This document shows positions 27,637 through 36,688 of a stretch of 64,000 bases of DNA, in pieces. Under the pieces are notes generated by a model that saw only the letters and a program-made list of their open reading frames with translations, did no database searches and had not been told where the DNA came from. The stretch is from a virus. Location: positions 11,566-75,565 of the IMG/VR virus record IMGVR_UViG_3300002916_000001. The stretch is one strand, 5' to 3'. The number at the start of each line of letters is the position of its first letter. Positions within the stretch are counted from its first letter, which is position 1. The position numbers and the translations under genes are program-made.

Positions 27637-27828
27637 ATGTCCGACGAAACCACCGATCCATTCGCAGAGCCCTGCTATGCATGCGATGCGCTCACATCGA
27701 CTAACCGCGTATGCACTGCATGCAGTGATCCGTGCTGCGAGGAGCACTTTGTCAGCGTTGAAGGCATTGTGTACTGCGTTGAATGCAATGCAGAAGACGC
27801 ACGGTACTTCAGTGAGGAGGAGAACTAG
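27637..27828 (+). CDS. small Cys-rich Zn-binding protein
   Basis: CxxC, CxxC, CCxxH, CxxC. Confidence 0.65.
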   Translation: MSDETTDPFAEPCYACDALTSTNRVCTACSDPCCEEHFVSVEGIVYCVECNAEDARYFSEEEN

Positions 27829-27831
27829 CCA

Positions 27832-28149
27832 ATGAAAGACACCATCGCCATCGCTGCCTCATCCCTGGCATCACTGCCACACGACGCCCTCATTGCACTC
27901 TACAATGCAGAGTCCCGCCGCCTCTCTCACGGAGCAGAGCCTCACTTGGTAGACAACTCCTGCAAGCCGGACTATATAATCGGTCTCTTCGGCACCCTTG
28001 CAATCCGTGCCAGACAAGCCGCTGAGCAGCGAAGCAATGAGCTTGCAGCGATGTCCCCGGTCTCCAATGAGCCGACAAGGCAGAGCAAAGAGGATTCACT
28101 GATGTCGGTGCCTCTCAATGTGGCTCAAGAGTTTCGGCTAATGAGATAG
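27832..28149 (+). CDS. hypothetical protein
   Basis: RBS GGAG; operon context. Confidence 0.55.
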   Translation: MKDTIAIAASSLASLPHDALIALYNAESRRLSHGAEPHLVDNSCKPDYIIGLFGTLAIRARQAAEQRSNELAAMSPVSNEPTRQSKEDSLMSVPLNVAQEFRLMR

Positions 28150-28198
28150 TTACTGTAGATTGTGTCAAGAGTTGTTCTTAATGAAAGGAAAATTTTCT

Positions 28199-28501
28199 AT
28201 GTCAAGTAAAGTTACGATCGCTGCAGGGTATGTCTCTGATGAGGCACTGAAGTTTCTGCGAAGTCACGGTGCAATCATTGACAGTGCCCTTGGCATCACG
28301 ATGATTGAGTTGCCAGAGAATGCAGAGATCTGCGAGCCAGGATATCAAAGCCCGCAAAGCGAATATGCCATTCAATGGACTGACAAGGATGGCAGCGATC
28401 CCCTGGAATGGATCGAGGTACAGCTGTGCTTCGATATCAATAAGACAACGGTTTATCTCAGAAAGCATGTAGAAGAGGTACAAAGGTATGTTCGCTTTTA
28501 A
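28199..28501 (+). CDS. hypothetical protein
   Basis: RBS AAAGGA. Confidence 0.55.
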   Translation: MSSKVTIAAGYVSDEALKFLRSHGAIIDSALGITMIELPENAEICEPGYQSPQSEYAIQWTDKDGSDPLEWIEVQLCFDINKTTVYLRKHVEEVQRYVRF

Positions 28502-28718
28502 TCTCCCATCCGGGGTCACCCTGCAATCCATCGACACCTTGTTTGAAGAGGCCGATGAAGACCAGTGTCAAGACACCGAGTCCGAGGAAAAGACAGAGAG
28601 GGCATTGACACCCGCTGAGATGGCAGAGATTGCAGAGTTGTTGAACAGTCCTGAAGTCTTGGCATGTCGAGTCGCCACAAGGGAAAGCACTTCTAGAATG
28701 GCTGCAAGGTCAATCTGA
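28488..28718 (+). CDS. acidic hypothetical protein
   Basis: Overlapping start; RBS GAGG. Confidence 0.5.
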   Translation: MFAFNLPSGVTLQSIDTLFEEADEDQCQDTESEEKTERALTPAEMAEIAELLNSPEVLACRVATRESTSRMAARSI

Positions 28719-28968
28719 AGTCTTGGTGCCCTATGAGGCCTCCGCAATCGAAGAAGAGGAGGACCCCAACCCGTTCACTGCATCCACTGCGGAGTCAATG
28801 ATTGCAGAGGCACAAGACAACGAGTCCATTGATTTTCCCTATTAGTGCGTCAAGGCTCTCTGCCTGCCTCCCACAGCTTTGCAGAGAGCCCAAGTCTAGA
28901 AAGACACCCTTATTACCCTCCGTTCGCTAGTTCCTTATGAAGCCAACGCGACATTCCAGTTTGTTCAT

Positions 28969-29364
28969 GTGAAAATGGCGAATACGAGAGCCTTGGCACT
29001 CGGCTTCACAAGCGGATTTGACCAAAAAATGAGCGAACCGTGGGGTATTATGTTAGATTTTGCGTCAATGCGCAACCCTGCCACCGAAGTCCCCGGTACA
29101 CCAGTGACCGTCTCTGCCTCTCGCTGCCAGTCCGCTGGCATCTCATTGGCATTCGCAGGCCTTGCAGGCACGGTGGTCAAAGCAGAGAGCGGCGAAGTCC
29201 TTGTCCATCTCAACGAGGCATCACAGACGCGCCACGCTGCCATTGAGAGCACTGCGTTCTCAGATGCGTTCAGGGATATCGGTGAAATGCAGTGGTTCTG
29301 CTCAGGTGTTTTAGAAGTAGTTCAAGAAAGCGAGGAGAGCAGTGAACTTGTTTCTAGAGCATAA
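28969..29364 (+). CDS. hypothetical protein (start uncertain)
   Basis: ORF in operon. Confidence 0.45.
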   Translation: MKMANTRALALGFTSGFDQKMSEPWGIMLDFASMRNPATEVPGTPVTVSASRCQSAGISLAFAGLAGTVVKAESGEVLVHLNEASQTRHAAIESTAFSDAFRDIGEMQWFCSGVLEVVQESEESSELVSRA

Positions 29365-29530
29365 GGACGGTCATTTCCGTCTCTGTCAGATTGGAGATGA
29401 CAACGGACCGTGCGACAACGAGGCAACATGGAAGCTGCACCCGCAGGGCTATCTGCAAACGAGCATCGATATATGCAGTGAGCACAAAGAAGAAGCTCAG
29501 AAGGAAGAGCAGGAAAGATGTCAATCATGA
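29342..29530 (+). CDS. small hypothetical protein
   Basis: GAGGAG RBS; GTG start. Confidence 0.5.
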   Translation: MNLFLEHKDGHFRLCQIGDDNGPCDNEATWKLHPQGYLQTSIDICSEHKEEAQKEEQERCQS

Positions 29531-29877
29531 TCCAGTCACCCGCCCGTAGTCTCACCGACCTCCATGCCTTCTCACAGACTTGCCCCGATGCCACTGAAGT
29601 CAAGGCTTTCATGGCAGCGCTGGGCTTCGACCTGGAGTTCGAACTTCCTGCCTACAAGGGCAGCGAGCATGTTCGTCCATTGCCACCGCAGTATCACTTC
29701 AAGGATGGCAGTGGCACAGTAGTGATCTTCCTGGCAGGCTACGATTGCACCGAAGATCGATGGGTAGCACAACACAAGTCTCGTTGGTGGCTCTATCCTG
29801 GCTCTAGCCAGTTTGCCTACAACGTGGCAATGAATGCATTGAGTAGTCGATGGGGCTTGCCCTGGAAGTCAGTGTAG
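29518..29877 (+). CDS. hypothetical protein
   Basis: Overlapping ORF in operon. Confidence 0.55.
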   Translation: MSIMIQSPARSLTDLHAFSQTCPDATEVKAFMAALGFDLEFELPAYKGSEHVRPLPPQYHFKDGSGTVVIFLAGYDCTEDRWVAQHKSRWWLYPGSSQFAYNVAMNALSSRWGLPWKSV

Positions 29878-30001
29878 TCTCTTTGTCAGTCTCGGCATTT
29901 CTCGGATCATCGGGGAATGTCGGTGCAGGCCAAGGGGCCGATGGGTATCGCAGCGATACCCTGGAGTGTTTCAATTTATCTCGAAAAGGAGAATTTCTAT
30001 C

Positions 30002-30494
30002 ATGTCAAGCATCAACATTCAATTCGAGTCTGATCAATCCATCCTTCGCACGGCATTCGGCGATCCTGCCACGAATGCCCAGATTGTCAAGGATGCCGAT
30101 GCGCGTCTCGCTGAGATCAAGGCAAGCGGTGGTCTGCAGGGTGGATCATTGCTGAAGATCAATGGCCCGTTGTCCTTACCTACAGCTTTCACGGTGGGGC
30201 ATGCCGTGTTTCATGCCTACGGTGCTATAGCGGTGTGGGACCCAAAATTGCAATCTTATTGATAAACGACAATTATTCTTGCCGCTGATGTCTAATAACT
30301 ACAGGACCATCATAGGCTTGACCCGACTGGTTAGGAAGCCCCGCTAGAAGTGTCCGCAGGGAACGAAGGCGACACAGGGGGGGGTAACTGCTTTTTAATT
30401 GACATTGAGCAGTAATAATAATTGTCGTTCATCATCTGATATTGTCTCGGTTTCACATTCGCCTGATTACAAGATAGGTCAATTGATCGACTAG
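30002..30494 (+). pseudogene. csx3: Csx3/Crn3-like cyclic oligoadenylate ring nuclease gene split by a MITE
   Basis: GGSLLKINGPLSLPTAFTVGH..HAYGAIAVWDPKLQSY (30002-30259) plus IVSVSHSPDYKIGQLID* (30441-30494). Confidence 0.75.
30260..30434. mobile_element. 175-bp TG...CA miniature element
   Basis: 18-bp TIR TGATAAACGACAATTATT/AATAATTGTCGTTCATCA (1 mismatch); 6-bp flanks TCTTAT/TCTGAT. Confidence 0.85.
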
Positions 30495-30552
30495 TCCATG
30501 CAGTCCATGCCTTCCCCGACTTGCAGGGAAGGCATGGAGAGAGGATTCTCAA

Positions 30553-30948
30553 ATGGGTCTCGATAACTACTTTAAGCGCACAGTGCCCAGCCCCGATCAA
30601 ATCAGCTTTCCTGAAGATCTTCATCTTTGCGGAGGCATATTCTCAGGGCATGGCAGTGATGGTAGCTTCCGTGGCAAGGTCTATGTGCAATTCTTTGAGC
30701 AGAATCTAGATACCAATCTCTATTCTGGGTCCAACCGTGATGAGGTTGCGCAAATTGCAGAAAAGCTGTCTGCCCTGGTGCAAGCGCATCCCGATCAGGC
30801 ATGGAACGGGAACGCGCAATGTTGGCAGCAGGATGCTCCATCTGAGGACTTGGGCTACTACGGTGTGACTGCCCGTGAAGTGCGCGATCTTGCATCTCTT
30901 TTTCAGTCTGCTGCAGAGCAGGAGCTTCAGTTAGTTGCATATTATTAG
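30553..30948 (+). CDS. hypothetical protein
   Basis: RBS GAGGA; ORF beginning MGLDNY. Confidence 0.65.
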   Translation: MGLDNYFKRTVPSPDQISFPEDLHLCGGIFSGHGSDGSFRGKVYVQFFEQNLDTNLYSGSNRDEVAQIAEKLSALVQAHPDQAWNGNAQCWQQDAPSEDLGYYGVTAREVRDLASLFQSAAEQELQLVAYY

Positions 30949-30968
30949 ATAGAAAAAGGAGCAATCAT

Positions 30969-31622
30969 TTGACAACACTAGTAGAACGCGCATTCACCCT
31001 TGCCCTTGAGCTTCACGGCAAGCAAAGTCGCAAGGCATCCATTGTGCCCGATGCAGCATACATGAGTCACCTCATGGAAGTCGCAGGGATGGGCTGGGGA
31101 TGCTTTGCCGTTGATGACCCTGCGGCGGAGACCGTCGTTGCGTCTGCACTGCTACACGATGCAATCGAGGACCAATCAGAGAAGTTTCCATGGGGTCGCA
31201 TTGTCGTTGAATGTAGTCCCGAAGTTCTGAATCTAGTTGAGTCCCTGACAGAGGAGGGCACTGGTGACCCCGGAAAAGAGAAGGCACCCTGGCAGGGGCG
31301 CAAGATGGACTATCTCGATCACATCAGTGAAATGTCCACGCATGCACTGCTCATCAGTGTGTGCGACAAATTGCAGAGTGCAAGGGAGCTGAAGCGGCAA
31401 GTACGACGCTTAGGGGTTGGGGCTTATTATGGCTTTGTCAAGGAGGTCCCTGAGTCGGAGCGCAAAGGCTTGGTACTCTGGTTCCATTTTGAGCTTGTCA
31501 ATTCCTATCGCACACGTATCAAGCAGATCAACGAAAGTCTTCAAGGACCCATCAATGAAGCGATCAATGCTCTCATTGAAGACTTCGCAGAAGTCGTTGA
31601 ATGGCTCGATGCTCATCCCTGA
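30969..31622 (+). CDS. HD-domain hydrolase, RelA/SpoT/Mesh1-like (small alarmone hydrolase)
   Basis: H..QSRK...YMSHLMEVA...ALLHDAIED...LTE...W..RK..Y...DKL. Confidence 0.8.
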   Translation: MTTLVERAFTLALELHGKQSRKASIVPDAAYMSHLMEVAGMGWGCFAVDDPAAETVVASALLHDAIEDQSEKFPWGRIVVECSPEVLNLVESLTEEGTGDPGKEKAPWQGRKMDYLDHISEMSTHALLISVCDKLQSARELKRQVRRLGVGAYYGFVKEVPESERKGLVLWFHFELVNSYRTRIKQINESLQGPINEAINALIEDFAEVVEWLDAHP

Positions 31623-31761
31623 AAATGTTTTGCCCCTGCACTGCCGGGCGAGGGAAGTGCAGGGGCATACCGAATGCGTTAAACTACCCTCAGTATAGCA
31701 CCGATCACACTGCAAAGCAAGGTGCTGCACTGAAGACAAAGCAAGCCAAAGGAGTGGCACA

Positions 31762-31950
31762 ATGTTTGATATACTCCGATTGCCCTCCCAGGACTCCCAC
31801 GTGCAAGAGTTCGAATCCCTGCAAGCCCAATCTGTCCAGGAAGGCAATGAACGCGACGCAGATCACTGGCAATCCATGGCTACCATGGAGCGCCGCATTG
31901 CTGGCAATGACTGCACTGAGCAGGACACTGAAGACGATCTTCAGTGGTAA
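31762..31950 (+). CDS. small hypothetical protein
   Basis: RBS AAGGAG. Confidence 0.5.
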   Translation: MFDILRLPSQDSHVQEFESLQAQSVQEGNERDADHWQSMATMERRIAGNDCTEQDTEDDLQW

Positions 31951-31971
31951 ACCTTGACTATCCAAGAATCA

Positions 31972-32013
31972 CACAGCCCTTCTCCCTGTCAATTAGGGAG
32001 AAGGGCTGTTTTT
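31972..32013 (+). terminator. intrinsic terminator
   Basis: ACAGCCCTTCTCC/GGAGAAGGGCTGT followed by a T-run. Confidence 0.85.
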
Positions 32014-32029
32014 GTTGCCCAGAAATAGG

Positions 32030-32224
32030 CTAACTAACGACCACCGGTGCCGTCACACGGCACCTCGGTGCAATACTCACGGGCACCGACGCCTGCACGG
32101 TATTGCCTTGAAGCGCCTGCGAGACGACAATATTGGCAATGTCAACGCCGCCGATGTCAACGCCACCAACGACATCAGCCAGCTGCTCATCGTTTAGTTC
32201 TTCAAAAGTATGTTCTTCAGTCAA
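32030..32224 (-). CDS. double-glycine-leader peptide precursor
   Basis: ELNDEQLADVVGG leader; TTG start after GAGGAGG; own promoter TTGACA-18-TACAAT (32291-32262). Confidence 0.7.
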   Translation of the reverse strand: MTEEHTFEELNDEQLADVVGGVDIGGVDIANIVVSQALQGNTVQASVPVSIAPRCRVTAPVVVS

Positions 32225-32372
32225 TGTGTCCTCCTCATGATGATATGTATCAATGTGCTCCATTGTAAATCAGGGATAGCAGGGCTGTCAAGGCACTAGA
32301 ACGCAAATTCGTTGACAGGCAAGGAAGAGCTTGTGGTATTTTGGGATGGACATCAATAGGCAGGAGTGGTCA

Positions 32373-32987
32373 ATGCGCTACTATAATGCTACCAACGCGG
32401 CCCAAGAGATAGGCATCTCATATAAAACTATCCTGCGTAGAATTGAAGAGAATAAGATCATCGCCACCAAGGGAGAGGATAACCAATTTATCATACCTGA
32501 ATCAGAGGTCGAGAAACACAAACGCAAACGTCTCCAATTTGTCCAGTCAGCACCAGTCAAGACCACTACTCCCGACCATGACCAGTCAGAACTTCTCGGC
32601 AGGGTAGCAGATCTTGAGAATAGAGTAGCAGAGTTGGAAGAGACGATGAGAATGCTGACCAGTCATCACCAGACAACGTCAGAACCCACTCAGCAGGGAA
32701 AGACAGAAGTAGACAAGTCCACACATTCAATCCCCCAGAATCGCATTGTAGAGACAAAGAGTCCCACCGATCTCCCCGCAGGTACTCTGCATTCCACCGA
32801 TTTCGCTGCCTCCCTTGGCATATCCAAGACGGTCTTTGAAGGCATGCTCAAGAATGGCATACGTGGCGAACAACTTGAACGAACCAAGATCCCAACGGCC
32901 CCAGGACGATTCTCGAACTGGTTCACCCCGCCACAGCAACGATCAGCCATCGACCTTCTGCGACGGCATGGAAAACTCAAGGGATAA
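32373..32987 (+). CDS. HTH DNA-binding protein (N- and C-terminal HTH, central coiled coil)
   Basis: YNATNAAQEIGISYKTILRRIEENKI. Confidence 0.7.
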   Translation: MRYYNATNAAQEIGISYKTILRRIEENKIIATKGEDNQFIIPESEVEKHKRKRLQFVQSAPVKTTTPDHDQSELLGRVADLENRVAELEETMRMLTSHHQTTSEPTQQGKTEVDKSTHSIPQNRIVETKSPTDLPAGTLHSTDFAASLGISKTVFEGMLKNGIRGEQLERTKIPTAPGRFSNWFTPPQQRSAIDLLRRHGKLKG

Positions 32988-33101
32988 CCTTGTGTAACGC
33001 ATTGAACGCATGTTCTTGTTATCCCCATCCCTCTCAACTCGTTCTGCAATAGATGTACATATTTGCATCTATGTATCTTGTGTAACGAGAAAGGAATATT
33101 T

Positions 33102-33641
33102 GTGAAATATCTATTTATAGCCCTGCCCCTGCTGTGCATCCTTGCCAGCTGCGCCAGCCCTGACAACACTGAACGTCCTGCACCCACTGCTCCTGCAAAG
33201 CCTTCACCGACAGCAGTGACCTTCCACAAAGTCGGTGAGACCGTCAAGGCAGAGCCCTGGGAAGTCACCTTGAAGTCAGCGACCATCATTGACCCCGCCA
33301 AGTATTCGCAGAGTGCAGAGATGTTCCCTGATCTAAAGGATGGGGACCGCTTTCTAGTGCTGGATGAACATGTCAAGAACATCTCATCAGAGGTGCAGAA
33401 TATCGCGGGCATGCAGTTCGTCTTGCAGGATAAGCAGGGGAATAGCAACTTTGTGAAACAGCTAGGAATCCCTGACGTTCCTGGACCGGCCCTTGGTGGC
33501 GATGTCTCTCCATCGATGGATCTGTCAGGGCAGGAGGCCTATGTTATCCCGTCCAATGTGCACTTACTCTATTGGATCTATAATCCGCTGAGTAACACCG
33601 ATGGCAAGGCTATCCAGGAAATCTGGGAAATCAATATATAG
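33102..33641 (+). CDS. DUF4352-like lipoprotein
   Basis: Lipobox LASC, Pro/Thr linker, HKVGETVK..WEVTL...FLVLD..VKN. Confidence 0.7.
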   Translation: MKYLFIALPLLCILASCASPDNTERPAPTAPAKPSPTAVTFHKVGETVKAEPWEVTLKSATIIDPAKYSQSAEMFPDLKDGDRFLVLDEHVKNISSEVQNIAGMQFVLQDKQGNSNFVKQLGIPDVPGPALGGDVSPSMDLSGQEAYVIPSNVHLLYWIYNPLSNTDGKAIQEIWEINI

Positions 33642-33708
33642 ACATAGTGTCTAGACAGAGAAGCAGCGCACTGCAGTCATTGCAAGTCGCTGCTTCTCTT
33701 TGAATTGG

Positions 33709-34119
33709 CTATTGAACTACTTCGGAATCATCGAGGTCGCTGCCATCGAAGCCATCTTCATCGGCAAAAGCATAATCCACCCCGTGTTGCGGCGTTCCTC
33801 CCTCGAGCATCAAGGAAGCCTTGCAGCACAGAATCACTGGACATCTGAGATAGCCATCATGAATTCTTGCTCCCCTCGCATGACATTGTTGACAGCACAG
33901 ACTGCCAAGCCATGCACCGTCTTCAATGAGATCTTCGCAGTGAAGCATTGGACGCCTCTCTGCCACTTCCCTGACTTCAGTGCGTTCAAAGTGCTCTCGC
34001 ACATAGTGCATGGCATTGCGGATGTTTTTTCTTGCCTCCCTTGCTGCTTCAATAGCAGGACCTTGCATTGCGATGTAGTCCTGGACTTCGTTCAATGATG
34101 GATGCTGTGCGTAGTTCAT
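33709..34119 (-). CDS. hypothetical protein with CCxxCH...CC motif
   Basis: RBS AAGGAGG; motif shared with 3197..3871. Confidence 0.6.
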   Translation of the reverse strand: MNYAQHPSLNEVQDYIAMQGPAIEAAREARKNIRNAMHYVREHFERTEVREVAERRPMLHCEDLIEDGAWLGSLCCQQCHARGARIHDGYLRCPVILCCKASLMLEGGTPQHGVDYAFADEDGFDGSDLDDSEVVQ

Positions 34120-34129
34120 GGGTGCCTCC

Positions 34130-34306
34130 TTACCATGCATACTGTGAACATCGAGGGGTGCCGCAGCTGTATCGGGGATTTCTAGCCAAGTGCCCACAGG
34201 TCCCGTAGATGACGGGTTGTGCGATGTTCAAGCGTACATTGTGGGTAGGTTTCTGCTGGGTGAGGTTGTTAGTAGAGGGTTGCAATTTTGTAGCAGGTTG
34301 TGTCAT
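34130..34306 (-). CDS. 58-aa hypothetical protein
   Basis: MTQPATKLQ...CGH...CGTPRC; stop overlaps the next RBS. Confidence 0.45.
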   Translation of the reverse strand: MTQPATKLQPSTNNLTQQKPTHNVRLNIAQPVIYGTCGHLARNPRYSCGTPRCSQYAW

Positions 34307-34390
34307 GATTAATCTGCTTTCTTAACTTAGGGGCTTGAGGGCTCCGAACTAGCCCCTGACATGTTCGAGATGTCAGGGGCTTTTACTGGT

Positions 34391-34870
34391 CTATATGGGT
34401 AAACTACATGGAACGCAATAAAAGCAGAGTTTATCTGCACGCTGAATCTCGTCTAAGCCAAGAAGTATCTCACATCCACACTGTAGGCATTTACGCTTAA
34501 CAACTTCCATGCCATCTAACAACATCCTATCTGTTTTCTCTTCACTCTTCCTTTGTTTACGCGGGATGCTAGGCATTAACAGGATATTTAGCAATTGGCA
34601 TCCTCGATCAAGGTAGTGCTGTATCCAGTACTTCTCTCTCTCAAATGCTGCCTCTTTGCCATCGTAGATAACCTCTACGATGGCAAAGAGAGGTTTAAGC
34701 CCCAATTCGTTTAATTCTCGTATCCAGTCGTGCTTCTCTCGGTTGCTCCCGTAGCAACCTATATGCTGTTCAAACCTCTCATTGGGATTGTCTGTTGTCC
34801 CAATGTATCTAGTGGCAAGATCCGTATCAGGGTAACGCGGGTCATCTCCCTTGTAGATGAAATGCAGCAT
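34391..34870 (-). CDS. GIY-YIG-like nuclease
   Basis: FIY...RYIGTT.NP..RFEQH...EREKYWI...LLN. Confidence 0.75.
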   Translation of the reverse strand: MLHFIYKGDDPRYPDTDLATRYIGTTDNPNERFEQHIGCYGSNREKHDWIRELNELGLKPLFAIVEVIYDGKEAAFEREKYWIQHYLDRGCQLLNILLMPSIPRKQRKSEEKTDRMLLDGMEVVKRKCLQCGCEILLGLDEIQRADKLCFYCVPCSLPI

Positions 34871-34992
34871 GCTGTCTCCTTAATCTGATTATTGTGTTCA
34901 CAGTGTTGCCTGTGTTCGTTGTGTAAATTGTATCATATAGATGAGAGGGAGTCAAGAGGGCAATAAAAAACCCGCCGTTGGGCGGGCTGGGA

Positions 34993-35880
34993 TTAGTGTG
35001 ACTCTTTCCATTTCTGGAATGCTTTCTTGTATCGATGTAACAGTACCAGGTCAGATGCATCGATATCCATGTGATACATAGGTCTATCTGACATCACTTC
35101 AGGCTTGCCGATGGCTGGTATCTTATAGGTTCCCGTGTGCTGAAACCCAGCGTTCTCAAGTATTTTTCTGCCTTCCAAGGTGCCACCACATGCATCGATG
35201 CTCTTGATGCCAATGCCTTTGTTTCCCCACCCCGCAAATTGAATTGCAAGTCTACGTAGCAGGATGCTTGCGTACCATTCCCGTTTTTCTGGGGGTGCAT
35301 TGGTGATGGTTGCAAGATCGATAATAATGCATTCGAGCATGTGGTCGCTTGGCTCAAATTGCTCTATCATCTCATCTTTGAACATCCATCCGCGCTTGCC
35401 TTGTCGAAATTCAAGGATGGCCTCGTGTTTCAAAGGAACAAGATTGACAAGCGCAACAAGCGTACTGGAATTATAAAGATGAAAAGAGGTATAGGGATTT
35501 ACCTCTAGGTATCTACGGCGCGAGGCATTCCGCTCTGGCGAGATAGAACCAGCACCAAAGTTCAAGTATGCCATGTGGTCTTCTGCTTCCAAGTCCTCCA
35601 TGCGTGCAGGGCGAAATTCAAAAGTGCTACTCTCCGCAGCCATAATAAGAGCCTCAAATCTTTCTTTCATGGCGTCAATTTTATCTCTTCTATAGTAACC
35701 ATAGGAGCCGAAAAAAGTGACACGTCCGAACTCATCAGGATTGCGTCTCACATAGTTGTTGAATGCATCCCTTGTTAATCCTAGGTGCTCGTAGGCTTCC
35801 TGAGCTGTATAGTGCGCCTTCTTTATTCGATCCACGGTTGACGTGTCGGTCTCTTTTAGCTGTTTCTTTGGTCTTGGCAT
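34993..35880 (-). CDS. HTH + GNAT-like regulator
   Basis: YTAQEAYEHLGLTRDAFNNYVR; C-terminal SIDACGGTLEGRKILENAGF. Confidence 0.65.
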   Translation of the reverse strand: MPRPKKQLKETDTSTVDRIKKAHYTAQEAYEHLGLTRDAFNNYVRRNPDEFGRVTFFGSYGYYRRDKIDAMKERFEALIMAAESSTFEFRPARMEDLEAEDHMAYLNFGAGSISPERNASRRRYLEVNPYTSFHLYNSSTLVALVNLVPLKHEAILEFRQGKRGWMFKDEMIEQFEPSDHMLECIIIDLATITNAPPEKREWYASILLRRLAIQFAGWGNKGIGIKSIDACGGTLEGRKILENAGFQHTGTYKIPAIGKPEVMSDRPMYHMDIDASDLVLLHRYKKAFQKWKESH

Positions 35881-35973
35881 GTTAATGAATCCTCTCTTCT
35901 TCCAATAATTATTTATTATAACATAGCCAACGCAAAAAACAATTTCAACACAATAGACACAAGAGTAAGAGCG

Positions 35974-36034
35974 TTGACATAACTGTGTCCGTTGTGTATA
36001 CTATGTTTGTATCGTAAATAGTGTTCGTTGTAGA
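35974..36034 (+). promoter_or_regulatory. promoter and operators of the transfer-like operon
   Basis: TTGACA-17-TATACT; GTGT(T/C)CGTTGT at 35985 and 36021, also at 34912. Confidence 0.7.
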
Positions 36035-36049
36035 TAGAAAGGAGGGAGC

Positions 36050-36241
36050 ATGCTGAGAGTAGGGCAGGAGACATACCACAACGCCAAGAGTGCATCTGCA
36101 TATCTGGGAATTACGCGAGGCATGTTTTACCGAAACGTCAAGCCCTTGCTGAAAAAACACCAAACAAAAGTGAGTAAAAGATTGCTATACAGGCAATCAG
36201 AGTTAGAGAAGTTTAGAGGTGTTGAGACAGTCGCCTACTAG
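36050..36241 (+). CDS. Xis-like HTH protein
   Basis: YHNAKSASAYLGITRGMFYR...LLYRQSELEKF. Confidence 0.7.
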   Translation: MLRVGQETYHNAKSASAYLGITRGMFYRNVKPLLKKHQTKVSKRLLYRQSELEKFRGVETVAY

Positions 36242-36376
36242 CTAACGCGAACCAGTAACTAGCAGGCTAACCCACAGGCTAACCCACAGAGTAAGTGCAG
36301 GTTGGGATGAATCTTACCATACCTGACCTAGATACAAAGGAGATTTTATGGCAGATCAAACAAGGGAGAATTTAAA

Positions 36377-36685
36377 ATGGAATTAGTGCCATACGAACCA
36401 ATGACGAACAATGCACCTCAGCGATTGTCGCAGGGTGTTTCTTGCGGAGTGTATATCACTGCCGACCTTGAGGACATCGACTGGATGATCGCGCGATTTG
36501 AACGATGGTTTGCAGAGCGCAATGAGGTTGTGCAGGTCGATGAAGGATCGACGGACAAGCTCGGACATGGTTTCGTAATCCTGGAATGGGAAGGGTGCAT
36601 GATTGATCCACTCTTCATTGCCATCCTGCGAGATGAGGAAAAAGTTATCGACTATACCATGTATCAGAGAACAGAGGAGGGCTAA
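36377..36685 (+). CDS. hypothetical protein
   Basis: ORF in operon. Confidence 0.55.
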   Translation: MELVPYEPMTNNAPQRLSQGVSCGVYITADLEDIDWMIARFERWFAERNEVVQVDEGSTDKLGHGFVILEWEGCMIDPLFIAILRDEEKVIDYTMYQRTEEG

Positions 36686-36688
36686 ATC

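Noticed and set aside
30254-30443. T4 gene 60-like ribosomal bypass in csx3
   Set aside because: Take-off (TAT) and landing (GAT) codons do not match, and the TIR/DR structure explains the gap.
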